Source of the DNA: Pseudomonadota bacterium
GTDB lineage: Bacteria; Pseudomonadota; Gammaproteobacteria; Burkholderiales; Eutrophovitaceae
Direction of reading: 5' to 3'
Assembly: GCA_027624715.1 (NCBI GenBank)
Contig: JAQBTV010000001.1
Span: forward strand, 75,752-139,751
Length of the DNA stretch: 64,000 nt
The notes below the pieces were generated by a model. That model saw nothing but the letters and a program-made list of their open reading frames with translations. It made no database searches and was not told the DNA's origin. Of the stretch, positions 10,563 to 19,868 are shown in pieces (position 1 is the first letter of the stretch; every line of letters starts with the position of its first letter). Position numbers and translations under genes: made by a program.

Positions 10563-12764
10563 TTAGCCAGCTGCTATGTTCTCTGGAAGAGCAGGGAACG
10601 TACGCACACGCTTACCAGATGCAGCATGTATTGCGTTAGCAATTGCTGGAACGATAACCGCGGTTGCTGGTTCACCAAGACCGGCAGGAGCACCATCACT
10701 CTTAACAAAGTGGATGTCCATAACTCTTGGTGTTTCGTTGATACGAACGGTTCGATATCCATCAAAGTTACTTTGCTCAACGATACCATTTTTAACCGTA
10801 ATCTCACTGATCAGACCAGCGCCCTGTCCTAGATTCATAGAACTTTGGATCTGAGCTAATGCTTGATCTGGGTGAATTAACGTACCACCGTCAACAACAG
10901 CCGTAACTTTATCAACAACGACATCAAAGTCAGCGCCAACAGTTACTTCAGCCACGATAGCGATGACAGCGTTGTAACCTTCCATCACTGCAACACCTTG
11001 GCCTTTACCTGCTGGCATCTTCTTGCCGAAGTTGGCTTTTTTACGAACTTCTTCCAACACGTGCTTCATTCTGGCGCCAACTGGCACTCCAGCTGAGAGA
11101 CCAGACCATGCGTGTTTGGTTGCGCCCATATCAAGCATATCGATTCGATACTGAATTGGATCAGCACCAGCACTTTTCGCTAGCTCGTCAATGAAGCACT
11201 CCAACACAACGGCATTCAAGTTGTGTGACACACCACGCCAATAACCCACCTGAACTCCTGCGTCATGCATGACATAACTGAAGTTGAGACCCGCGTCGGC
11301 TAAGTATGGGAAATTATCGATACCCTCAACTGCGAATGGGTCGATGCCATCTTTCACAATACTTGGAAACAAACGTGATGAAATTGAAGGACTGGTTGAC
11401 TTAAACTTAAGAGCTGTAAGCTTTCCCTTCTCATCCACACCAGCTGTGAATTTGTAAATACCTCCTGGACGATATGAATCATGCGTCATGTCATCTTCAC
11501 GGCTCCAAATCATATTGACTGGTACCCCACCAGCTGCTTTTGAAATTTCAGCAGCATCGATAGCGTAGTCAACCTCAACACGACGTCCGAAACCACCGCC
11601 GAGGAAGGTTGTTCGAACTTCAACCTGCTCAGGCTTGAGGCCGACAGCACCACTTACGACGTGAGGTATCAACTGCTGGAACTGAGTTGGCGTAACGATC
11701 AGCGCCTTGTCAGCTGTAACATGCGCAGTCGTATTCTGTGGCTCCATTGGAGAGTGTGATTGGAACGGCATACGAAACTCTGCAGTGATCATTTTTGCAG
11801 CTTTTGCCAGACCTTGATCGGCATCACCACTTTCACGGAAGATTGCGCCAGCCCCATTCGACGCCTTTTCCATTTTTGACCAGAGACCGGTCATATCCAA
11901 ATTTGCATTTGGACCAGCATCCCAACGAGGATCAAGCGTAGCAACTGCTTTCTTAGCAGTCCAGTAGTCGTTAGCCACTACTGCAACACCGCGGCTGTAC
12001 TGAACTACCGAATGAACGCCTGGCATCTTTTTCGCACGCTTGTCGTCAAAAGAAATTAGTTTTCCACCCATCATTGGAGCCATCGAAACTGCTGCGTACT
12101 TCATGCCCGGAAGGCGAGTGTCAATACCAAATGGAGCGATACCACGTACTTTCATAGCCGTATCAAGACGCTTTTGCTTGACGTTACCAACGATCTTAAA
12201 CTGGCTAGCTGGCTTCAATGGCACTTCTTTTGGAACTTCCATCGTTGCTGCTTTCGCTGCGACTGAACCGTAAGTGGCCTTCTTGCCACCAGGGCCTTGG
12301 ATCACGCCGTTAGCAGCGGTACACTTGCTTGCGTCAACACCCCAGTTGTCAGCTGCAGCAGCAACCAACATCATACGAGCTGATGCACCAGCTTTACGTA
12401 GCTTTTCCCAGCCATCACGAACCGCTGTTGAACCACCAGTTAGCTGCCCACCAAGAAGAGAGTTAATGTAAACCTCTGCTGGTTGAGCAAACTCAACTTT
12501 AATAGCGTTTATGTCAACCTCAAGTTCCTCTGCAACAAGCATTGGCATTGAGGTGTAAACGTCCTGACCCATTTCTGAACGAGCACACATAATAGTTACT
12601 GTGTTGTCAGCGGCAATTTTTACCCAAGCATTTGGGCTACCACCTTCAGCAGCTTGCGCCATGCGTGAAGTTGGCAAGTAGAACGCCAACGCCAACCCAC
12701 CGGCAACAGATCCACTGACTTTCAGGAAGTCACGACGACCTTCATTTTTTGCAATCATTTCCAT
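10563..12764 (-). CDS. molybdopterin-binding aldehyde oxidase/xanthine dehydrogenase-family large subunit (IorB-like), Tat-exported
   Basis: 733 aa with twin-arginine signal GRRDFLKVSG and IorB-type length and layout. Immediately downstream of the 2Fe-2S subunit. Confidence 0.85.
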   Translation of the reverse strand: MEMIAKNEGRRDFLKVSGSVAGGLALAFYLPTSRMAQAAEGGSPNAWVKIAADNTVTIMCARSEMGQDVYTSMPMLVAEELEVDINAIKVEFAQPAEVYINSLLGGQLTGGSTAVRDGWEKLRKAGASARMMLVAAAADNWGVDASKCTAANGVIQGPGGKKATYGSVAAKAATMEVPKEVPLKPASQFKIVGNVKQKRLDTAMKVRGIAPFGIDTRLPGMKYAAVSMAPMMGGKLISFDDKRAKKMPGVHSVVQYSRGVAVVANDYWTAKKAVATLDPRWDAGPNANLDMTGLWSKMEKASNGAGAIFRESGDADQGLAKAAKMITAEFRMPFQSHSPMEPQNTTAHVTADKALIVTPTQFQQLIPHVVSGAVGLKPEQVEVRTTFLGGGFGRRVEVDYAIDAAEISKAAGGVPVNMIWSREDDMTHDSYRPGGIYKFTAGVDEKGKLTALKFKSTSPSISSRLFPSIVKDGIDPFAVEGIDNFPYLADAGLNFSYVMHDAGVQVGYWRGVSHNLNAVVLECFIDELAKSAGADPIQYRIDMLDMGATKHAWSGLSAGVPVGARMKHVLEEVRKKANFGKKMPAGKGQGVAVMEGYNAVIAIVAEVTVGADFDVVVDKVTAVVDGGTLIHPDQALAQIQSSMNLGQGAGLISEITVKNGIVEQSNFDGYRTVRINETPRVMDIHFVKSDGAPAGLGEPATAVIVPAIANAIHAASGKRVRTFPALPENIAAG

Positions 12765-12782
12765 GTCTCGATTCCTCCCTCG

Positions 12783-13232
12783 TTAAGACATCTTCGCCGC
12801 GGCTTTAATAGCAGCGCGGATTCGAGGATAAGTACCACATCGGCAAATATTGCCCGACATCGCCGCATCAATATCCTCATCTGAAGGATTTTTATTCGCA
12901 GACAGTAGCGCTGAAGCGGACATAATTTGCCCAGGCTGACAATATCCACACTGAGGAACATCTAAGGCTTCCCATGCACGCTGCACTTTATGATTTCCAC
13001 CCAGACCTTCGATGGTCGTCACGTTTGCACCAGAAATCGAACCTATCTGTACTTGACAGGAACGTACTGCACTTCCATTTAGATGAACCGTACACGCACC
13101 ACATAGAGCTTTTCCACAACCGAATTTCGTGCCCGTGTAACCGAGCGTGTCGCGAAGTACCCACAGTAATGGTGTATCCGCAGAGACTTCAACAGTCTCG
13201 CTTTTACCATTTACTTTGAAGCTGACTTTCAT
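12783..13232 (-). CDS. (2Fe-2S)-binding small subunit (IorA-like)
   Basis: 149 aa with two Fe-S cysteine clusters ([11 protein letters not shown] and CGYCQPG..CRCG). Confidence 0.9.
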   Translation of the reverse strand: MKVSFKVNGKSETVEVSADTPLLWVLRDTLGYTGTKFGCGKALCGACTVHLNGSAVRSCQVQIGSISGANVTTIEGLGGNHKVQRAWEALDVPQCGYCQPGQIMSASALLSANKNPSDEDIDAAMSGNICRCGTYPRIRAAIKAAAKMS

Positions 13233-13264
13233 ATTAAAACTCCCCCTTTCGAAGCTTTAGGTTT

Positions 13265-13316
13265 TATTAGGGTGTAACTACTATAAAGAATATTAGGGTG
13301 TAACTACTATAAAGAA
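13265..13316. repeat. perfect tandem duplication, 2 x 26 bp (TATTAGGGTGTAACTACTATAAAGAA)
   Basis: Copies at 13265-13290 and 13291-13316 are identical. They lie 33-84 bp upstream of the iorA-like start codon. Confidence 0.95.
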
Positions 13317-13807
13317 TGTTACTTAGCGAAAGTACATGATAATCGGCCTACTTTCAAGCGCAGAGAACTATCTTGAAATATTCTGCTAGTAAGGGATGAA
13401 TCAAAAACACAGAGCAATTGCAATAAATTTAGCAAATCATCAAACCTAAGTTCTAGCGAGTACCCTGCAAGCCCTGCTTGGAGGCAATAAAATAAGCGTT
13501 ATAAATGTAGTACTTAAGATGAACCTTAAACCTTTATTGCGTCGCAACATTATTTGCGCGAATAGCAAAAAAACTCACTCGCACCGTAGCACATTAGCTT
13601 ATGGCTTTCGGTAGATGTGGCGCCGTTCGGAACACGGGTGACGGGTGACGCCCAAATTATTCACCCTAAAAATTATGGGGTGGGGTAGAACCGGTCCACC
13701 ACTTCGACCCCTCGTTAAAAGCCTCAAATCTTCCGCGTTACTAGACTAGCCCAAAAAAAATCCCCGGCAAAGCTAGGGACTTTTCAAAACCTCGGTACAT
13801 ACATCAA

Positions 13808-15022
13808 TCACATATATTTTTTTAACTCGAGTCTGGCTACCTGAGCTCGATGCACCTCATCTGGTCCATCAGCCAGTCGCATCGAACGGTTGTGAGCCCA
13901 CATCCAAGCAAGGGGAAACTCCTGACAAACCCCACCCCCACCATGCGCTTGAATCGCCCAATCAATAATTTTTTGAGCCATATTAGGCGCGATCACTTTG
14001 ATCATCGCTATTTCTTTTTTGGCCTCCTTATTTCCAACAGTATCCATCATATGCGCAGCTTTCAGAGTTAATAGCCGAGCTTGATCAATCATCATGCGAG
14101 ACTCAGCAATACGCTCATGCCAAACTGACTGTTCAGCCACAGGTTTCCCAAACGCCACTCGGGACTTAAGGCGACGAATCATGAATTCTAACGCCCGTTC
14201 GGCTTGACCAATAATTCTCATGCAATGATGAATTCGCCCGGGTCCCAAACGACCTTGCGCAATTTCAAATCCCCGCCCCTCTCCCAAAAGAATATTTGAG
14301 GCTGGCACTCGAACATTTTGCAATAACACTTCCATGTGCCCATGCGGCGCATCGTCATAGCCAAATACAGTCAAAGCCCTCTCAACCTTAATACCTGGCG
14401 TCGAAGTTGGAACCACGATCATCGACTGCTGCTTATGCCGGTCAGCCCCATCAGGGTCAGTCTTCCCCATCACGATTAACACCTCACATCTTGGATCACC
14501 TAAGCCCGAAGACCACCACTTACGACCATTAATCACATAATCGTCGCCATCACGCTTTATAAGGCACTCAATATTCGTTGCGTCGGAGGAGGCAACCTCC
14601 GGTTCGGTCATCAAAAATGCTGACCTAATTTTTCCTTCAATTAACGGCTCGGCCCATTTTTGCTGTAATTCGGGCGTTCCATATCGGAGTAATGTCTCCA
14701 TATTTCCAGTATCAGGAGCTGAACAGTTAAACACCTCGGAAGCCCAAGTAATTCGCCCCATAATCTCGCACATCGGGGCATACTCAACATTGGTAAATTC
14801 CCCTCCATGCGCCTTAGGCCTCCACAAGTTCCATAGGCCTTTTTTACGAGCTTTCAGCTTTAATGCCTCAACCAATTTAGTCGGCACCCAAGCATCTCCC
14901 GCCTTGCGATTAGCCTCAACCTCGGCGTGAAAGGCACTTTCATTCGGATAGATGTGCTCATCCATAAATCCATTGAGTTGAACTTGAAGTCCCTTAACTT
15001 TTGATGAAAACTCAAAATCCAC
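13808..15022 (-). CDS. acyl-CoA dehydrogenase (FadE2/ACAD10-like)
   Basis: 404 aa with N-terminus [36 protein letters not shown] and a C-terminal ACAD helical domain. Confidence 0.9.
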   Translation of the reverse strand: MDFEFSSKVKGLQVQLNGFMDEHIYPNESAFHAEVEANRKAGDAWVPTKLVEALKLKARKKGLWNLWRPKAHGGEFTNVEYAPMCEIMGRITWASEVFNCSAPDTGNMETLLRYGTPELQQKWAEPLIEGKIRSAFLMTEPEVASSDATNIECLIKRDGDDYVINGRKWWSSGLGDPRCEVLIVMGKTDPDGADRHKQQSMIVVPTSTPGIKVERALTVFGYDDAPHGHMEVLLQNVRVPASNILLGEGRGFEIAQGRLGPGRIHHCMRIIGQAERALEFMIRRLKSRVAFGKPVAEQSVWHERIAESRMMIDQARLLTLKAAHMMDTVGNKEAKKEIAMIKVIAPNMAQKIIDWAIQAHGGGGVCQEFPLAWMWAHNRSMRLADGPDEVHRAQVARLELKKYM

Positions 15023-15119
15023 AATCTATCCCTTCTTAACGGTTACAGAGGATTCAATAATCTTGACGAATGCTCAACTAAAGTCAAATCTTAAGAATTT
15101 AAGGATATCACAACGTGCA

Positions 15120-15554
15120 TCACTGCTTTGGAGGGACGTTCTCGAACGTGATGCACGCGTTTCGGAATTGCTGCGTCAATGGGACTGATTGTTGCTTTTT
15201 CAAATTCGCATGGACATAAGTTATTTCTACCGTTGCGATGGATTCTTTAGAACGCATGACCTCAATATGAAAATCAAAACTACTTCGCCCCAAGCGAGAA
15301 ATACGAACAAAAAGCTCAAGCACCTCATCATATCGAGCTGCTGCGTGATACTCTATTTGAGTTTTTTTTGCGTAAAGATCAGCTACGGCAACATCGAATG
15401 CATCTGGGTATGACATACCAATAGCTCGATAATATTCAGTTATACCAATATCAGCAAACGCTAAATAGTGGGGGTTAAATACAACCCCCTGTGCATCCAC
15501 TTCGGACCAACGCACCCGAATTTGATGCGAAAAACGAAAATTTTCATTAAGCAT
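15120..15554 (-). CDS. acyl-CoA thioesterase, 4HBT/YbgC-like hotdog fold
   Basis: 144 aa with IRVRWSEVDAQGVVFNPHYLAF, the typical 4HBT catalytic-Asp region. Confidence 0.8.
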   Translation of the reverse strand: MLNENFRFSHQIRVRWSEVDAQGVVFNPHYLAFADIGITEYYRAIGMSYPDAFDVAVADLYAKKTQIEYHAAARYDEVLELFVRISRLGRSSFDFHIEVMRSKESIATVEITYVHANLKKQQSVPLTQQFRNACITFENVPPKQ

Positions 15555-15814
15555 TTATCGTTCTTCTTTTTAATAAATCATTTAGAAGTCATCCCGCAGA
15601 CAGCATCCCATTGCATGCTCCTCGAGTACATCTCTAACAGCCTGCGTCCCATTTTTAAAATATTGGATTTGATCCGCTGACCTTGCTCGATTTTTTCAAA
15701 CTTCACGTTCCGTATTAGCCGCACTTTTTGCAAGCACCTCAATAAAGGAGTTGACCGTTTATTACACCTAAATTGCATCAAGTTAGACATTCTTCTACTT
15801 CATTTAAAAATAAT

Positions 15815-16276
15815 CTAGCCGTACCGCCTAGTTAACCATTCAGCAACCAAAACGGGCTTTACCTCATCTTTAGCCTCAACAGTCACCTGCCACTCAAGCT
15901 GTACGCCATCATCTATTGGAACCAAATTTTGAAGCACGAATCGAGCCCTAACCATGGATCCGCTTTTCACTGGGGCGGTAAACCGTACGCGATTTAACCC
16001 ATAATTAATTCCCATTTTTGATGCCCCAAGATCCATCGTCTCATTAAGGAATTTAGAGAGGAGAGATAAGGTCAGAAACCCATGGGCAATTGTCGACCCA
16101 AACGGCGTATCTTTGGCCGCCCGCTCAACATCCACATGAATCCATTGGTGATCCCCAGTCGATTGGGCAAACAAGTTAATCATCTCCTGAGTCACACAAA
16201 CCCATTCGCTCAAGGCGAGATCCTCACCAATATGATTTATTAAATCAGATGGCTTAGCCACGGATAGTTTTTTCAT
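15815..16276 (-). CDS. MaoC-like (R)-specific enoyl-CoA hydratase
   Basis: 153 aa with the hydratase-2 motif region GDHQWIHVD..FGSTIAHG. Overlaps the upstream aldolase gene by 4 nt. Confidence 0.85.
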   Translation of the reverse strand: MKKLSVAKPSDLINHIGEDLALSEWVCVTQEMINLFAQSTGDHQWIHVDVERAAKDTPFGSTIAHGFLTLSLLSKFLNETMDLGASKMGINYGLNRVRFTAPVKSGSMVRARFVLQNLVPIDDGVQLEWQVTVEAKDEVKPVLVAEWLTRRYG

Positions 16277-17043
16277 CTCGCCGCCTTAAAAGATTGCACA
16301 ACAGCATCCATTCCCCGAGACAAAAGAAATCCATCCCCCGTGACGGCGATAAGAGTCGCACCTTTACTCAACCATTTCTTTGCCTCAGCATCATCAAACG
16401 CAAGGATGCCGGCTGCACAACCCGAGTTGACCGTGCGCGCAATCACATCAGCTATAGCAGCCTGCGGAATAGCCTCAGCATTTTTTCCAAGATACCCAAT
16501 ATCTGCTGCCAAGTCAGCAGGCCCGACAAAAAGACAATCAATACCATCAACAGCAGCAATTTGCTCAACGTTATCCCAACCTATTTTAGTTTCGATTTGA
16601 ACAATCAAACAAATGTGCTGATCGGCAAGAGCGAAATAATCTTTAATTCGACCAAACCGATTTGATCGAGAGTTTCCAGATACGCCTCTAACGCCTCGAG
16701 GTGGATACCGAACCGCAGCAACCGCAGCCTCCGCCTCTTGTTTGGTCCTAACGTTTGGCAACATGATGGTTTGCACTCCCATGTCCAGTAGTCGTTTAAT
16801 CATAACGGCATCATTCCATGGCGCTCGTACCGCAATCGAAACCGGATATGCCGAAGCCGCGTGCACCAGTGATAACACTTGTGGCACGTCATTCGGGGTA
16901 TGTTCCATATCAATTAATACCCAATCGAAACCACTGGATGCGCATATTTCAGCAGCTAAAGGGCTACCCGTCATCAACCAACATCCTATTTGAGCCTTAC
17001 CGTCTTGCAGCGCTGCTTTTAGTTTATTCTGTATAAATTGCAT
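16273..17043 (-). CDS. HpcH/HpaI-family class II aldolase (4-hydroxy-2-oxoheptanedioate aldolase-like)
   Basis: 256 aa collinear with E. coli HpaI (FKAAL..G..QIG.WL, FDW.LID.EH.PN, RYPP.G.RG, QIET, GPADL). Confidence 0.9.
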   Translation of the reverse strand: MQFIQNKLKAALQDGKAQIGCWLMTGSPLAAEICASSGFDWVLIDMEHTPNDVPQVLSLVHAASAYPVSIAVRAPWNDAVMIKRLLDMGVQTIMLPNVRTKQEAEAAVAAVRYPPRGVRGVSGNSRSNRFGRIKDYFALADQHICLIVQIETKIGWDNVEQIAAVDGIDCLFVGPADLAADIGYLGKNAEAIPQAAIADVIARTVNSGCAAGILAFDDAEAKKWLSKGATLIAVTGDGFLLSRGMDAVVQSFKAAR

Positions 17044-17076
17044 ACATTGGCCTCTTGCTCTATAAGGGTTTATAAA

Positions 17077-17100
17077 TGAGTTTTTCTGGATATAAACTCA
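17077..17100. promoter_or_regulatory. inverted repeat in divergent promoter region
   Basis: TGAGTTT (17077-17083) and AAACTCA (17094-17100), 7-bp arms with a 10-nt spacer, between the aldolase operon and the DapA-like gene. Confidence 0.3.
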
Positions 17101-17143
17101 CATTGAAATCATTTGAATAAATCATAACCTTTAATAAGAAATC

Positions 17144-18064
17144 ATGAGTATGAAATTTTGTGGCGTTATACCCATTCTAGTTACTCCATTCAACGAAGAC
17201 GAGACGGTGGACACAAGCTCCATCCAAACTATGATTCAATTAATGAAAGACATTGGAGTGAATGGAGTCACAATATTAGGAGTGCTTGGAGAAGCAAACC
17301 GCCTAACTGATAATGAACGAGAGTTAATTATCGACACAGCAATCCAGACAGCTGACCAACTACCCGTTATTGTTGGCACAAGCGCAACTGGAACACGTTC
17401 CGTAATCCACCACAACGCTACTGCAAAAAGATTAGGCGCAAGTGCAGTGATGGTGACCCCACAAACAGAGCCGGGTCCATCAGATGCAAAAGTATTTACG
17501 CATTTTCAAACCATATTGAATGAAACTGATCTGCCCGTTATTTTGCAAGACCACCCCGCCTCAACTGGCGTACATATGCCCAACGAATTAATCTTTAGGA
17601 TGTTGGACGAGCTGACTGGATGGGGTGGCGTAAAGTTAGAAGCCGTACCGACCGCACCGAAACTTCAATCACTCAAAGCGCGTTATCAGGAAAAAATCAG
17701 CGTAATGACCGGACTTGGCGCTCTGTATGCCGCTTTTGACTTAGAGAGTGGATCGGATGGATTCAACACAGGGTTTGCATTTCCAGAGGTGCTAATAGCG
17801 CTGGTGGCGGCCGCAGAACAAAAAGATTGGACGTCCGTTCACAGAATATATCAACGCTTTCTGCCCTTAATCGTTTATGAACAACACCCAGGTGTAGCAA
17901 TTCGAAAGGAGCTTTTTAAAATGCGCGGAGCTATTCGCACCGCTAGAGTAAGATCTCCAGGAGTGCAAGGCACCGAGTCCGTCACAACAACACTCAAAAT
18001 GCTTTTGCAGTACATACTACCGAATCAAAACGTGACCAATCCAGTCAATCTAGATTCTATTTAG
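17144..18064 (+). CDS. dihydrodipicolinate synthase/N-acetylneuraminate lyase-family class I aldolase
   Basis: 306 aa with TPF.ED..VD, GVNGVTILGVLGE and DapA-family length. Specific substrate unknown. Confidence 0.8.
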   Translation: MSMKFCGVIPILVTPFNEDETVDTSSIQTMIQLMKDIGVNGVTILGVLGEANRLTDNERELIIDTAIQTADQLPVIVGTSATGTRSVIHHNATAKRLGASAVMVTPQTEPGPSDAKVFTHFQTILNETDLPVILQDHPASTGVHMPNELIFRMLDELTGWGGVKLEAVPTAPKLQSLKARYQEKISVMTGLGALYAAFDLESGSDGFNTGFAFPEVLIALVAAAEQKDWTSVHRIYQRFLPLIVYEQHPGVAIRKELFKMRGAIRTARVRSPGVQGTESVTTTLKMLLQYILPNQNVTNPVNLDSI

Positions 18065-18257
18065 CAGAAACCTCGTTCAACAAGCCTTGGAATTAAACAG
18101 AAATCTGGGCTATTACTTATCCTCAGGACGCTAATGGGAAAAGAGGGTCAATTCAATAGGAGTGAGATTGATAAGCGAGACAAGATCTGACGACGCACTA
18201 AGCTTGCACAAGTAAGCTAGAAAGCAATCGAACAAGACCTTATAACTACAAGAATAG

Positions 18258-18590
18258 TTATTGGTCAGACTGGCCATCCATATTTTCAATTTCAGCGCCC
18301 CGCTCAGCCATAGCATCAACAATACACGTTACGTTATTACATTGACTTAACACGTTATTGTGCCATTCAGTTTGAGACTGCTGTAATACCTTAATATCAA
18401 CACCTCTGCGCATCGCGAGATTGTAGGAAAACGCCAAATCCTCTTGCGCAACCGAAGCGCGGCTGCTGGTGCAAATTAAGCGCTCTACACCTCCTGCAGG
18501 GTTACTACAATTAATGGCAGCATGCGTGACGCTTCCGAAAGAGACTGCGAAAAAAAACCACAAACAAAGAAACTTCATCATTAACTCCAA
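18258..18590 (-). CDS. secreted DUF1311/LprI-like protein
   Basis: 110 aa with a signal peptide (FFFAVSFGSVTHA) and the Cys-framed helical pattern C..P....E..IC......A.EDL...YN......Q.EW....C typical of lysozyme-inhibitor LprI-like domains. Confidence 0.55.
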   Translation of the reverse strand: MELMMKFLCLWFFFAVSFGSVTHAAINCSNPAGGVERLICTSSRASVAQEDLAFSYNLAMRRGVDIKVLQQSQTEWHNNVLSQCNNVTCIVDAMAERGAEIENMDGQSDQ

Positions 18591-18618
18591 AAAAATGAGT
18601 TACAAGTGACCGTACCGC

Positions 18619-19371
18619 TCACACAGGTTTGACAATCCCACCAAATACTTTAGGGACAGTCTGATGTGTGCTCAGATTTGCCGCGAACCGAACCTCCTCT
18701 TCCATCCCGCGCTCAACCATCATACGTCCAACACGTGATCTGAGCAAAGATTCCACAGAAAGTTCAGATTTGAAAATCATACGTGCCGCCTCTGCAGTAT
18801 CAGAAAAAGCATCAGGGCCCGCATTCCGCATGCGGGCCTTCAATAAATCGATAAAATAACCCGCGCCAAAAGCGTCTTCGAGATTCGGATTACCCATAGA
18901 GCCAGAGCACACGACCAGAATAGTTTTCCCAGCGCATGAGGACAATACATGGTCCACCAATGCCTCGGCATTAATTAGCGCGCCCACGAAGACTTCGTCA
19001 GCCGCTGCTGCCTGCTTAAGCGCAACCGTACCGTTGGTTGTTGAGTAAATTAATGTCTTGTCGCTTAACCGTTCCTCAGCCAGTCTTAGCGGCGTTGGGC
19101 GTAAAAACCCCGGCAATGTCTCTCCATACAATTCGCCAGCCAACAGACGAGCGCTCTCATCATAATTGTTAGCGACCCCTCGGGCAGCTCCCTCATTCAA
19201 AGTGGGAATCACATCTTTCGCGCCAGAATGAATTGCATGAATAATTGTCGTAGTCGCAAATAAAACATCGAGAACAATGGCAACTTTACCCTCGAGTCGC
19301 TCATAATCAAGATCTTCCCTTTTGAATAGAACATGCACCTTATGTTTGAAGTGATTGACTTCCTGAATCAT
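18619..19371 (-). CDS. 2-phosphosulfolactate phosphatase (ComB) family protein
   Basis: 250 aa with ComB-family motifs VAIVLDVLFATTTI, TTNGTVAL and CSGSMGNPNLEDAFGAGYF. Its start codon overlaps the MaoC stop (TAATG). Confidence 0.7.
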   Translation of the reverse strand: MIQEVNHFKHKVHVLFKREDLDYERLEGKVAIVLDVLFATTTIIHAIHSGAKDVIPTLNEGAARGVANNYDESARLLAGELYGETLPGFLRPTPLRLAEERLSDKTLIYSTTNGTVALKQAAAADEVFVGALINAEALVDHVLSSCAGKTILVVCSGSMGNPNLEDAFGAGYFIDLLKARMRNAGPDAFSDTAEAARMIFKSELSVESLLRSRVGRMMVERGMEEEVRFAANLSTHQTVPKVFGGIVKPV

Positions 19372-19832
19372 TAACCTACCCCTCGCCTTAAAAAGAAGTT
19401 AACACCCGTCATAGACATAACTAAATCACCATTTTGGTTTTCGACTTCCCAAAACGTTTTTACAATCCCACGATCAGGTTTAGACCCGGAAGCTCGAGTT
19501 TCAATAACTGTTCGATATGCGGTTAAAACATCTCCAGGATACACTGGGTGTGGCCATTTCACCCCTTCTATGCCTGGCGACCCCAAGCTCATCGAGTTCA
19601 ACAAGAATGAGTCACACATAAGTCGCATGACCATTGCGCAAGTATGCCAACCACTTGCAATAATCCCACCATAGATCGAATGTTGAGCCTGTTCCTCACT
19701 GATGTGGAAGGACTGCGGGTCATAACGGCGGGCAAACTCGAGAACCTCATTCAGATCAACAGTAACCTGTCCCATTGACTCTCGAATATCGGGGGCAAAA
19801 TCCTCCCAATACAATTTCTTTTCAACATCCAT
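19371..19832 (-). CDS. MaoC-like dehydratase
   Basis: 153 aa hotdog fold (YDPQSFHISEE..GGIIASGWH). Confidence 0.85.
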   Translation of the reverse strand: MDVEKKLYWEDFAPDIRESMGQVTVDLNEVLEFARRYDPQSFHISEEQAQHSIYGGIIASGWHTCAMVMRLMCDSFLLNSMSLGSPGIEGVKWPHPVYPGDVLTAYRTVIETRASGSKPDRGIVKTFWEVENQNGDLVMSMTGVNFFLRRGVG

Positions 19833-19868
19833 ATTTAAACTTTAAACTCACCTTAACGGTATTAGAAG

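Noticed and set aside
10574-10854. Several overlapping 68-92-aa ORFs on both strands at the 3' end of the iorB-like gene. Similar antisense ORFs occur inside most large genes in the track.
   Set aside because: They lie fully within a well-supported long CDS, have no recognisable motifs and show low-complexity composition typical of antisense shadows.
13265-13316. Possible CRISPR array (also considered for 59375-59458)
   Set aside because: The units are directly abutting with no spacers, there are only 2-4 copies, one set is inside a coding sequence, and no cas genes are in the window.
15578-15790. 70-aa very basic ORF in the 260-bp gap between the MaoC and thioesterase genes
   Set aside because: It has no convincing ribosome-binding site and no recognisable fold or motif. 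An alternative frame reads equally protein-like, so it cannot be supported as a gene. It may be a decayed remnant.
18131-18322. 63-aa minus-strand ORF overlapping the 3' end of the DUF1311 gene
   Set aside because: It overlaps a better-supported CDS in another frame, is hydrophobic and low-complexity, and has no ribosome-binding site.
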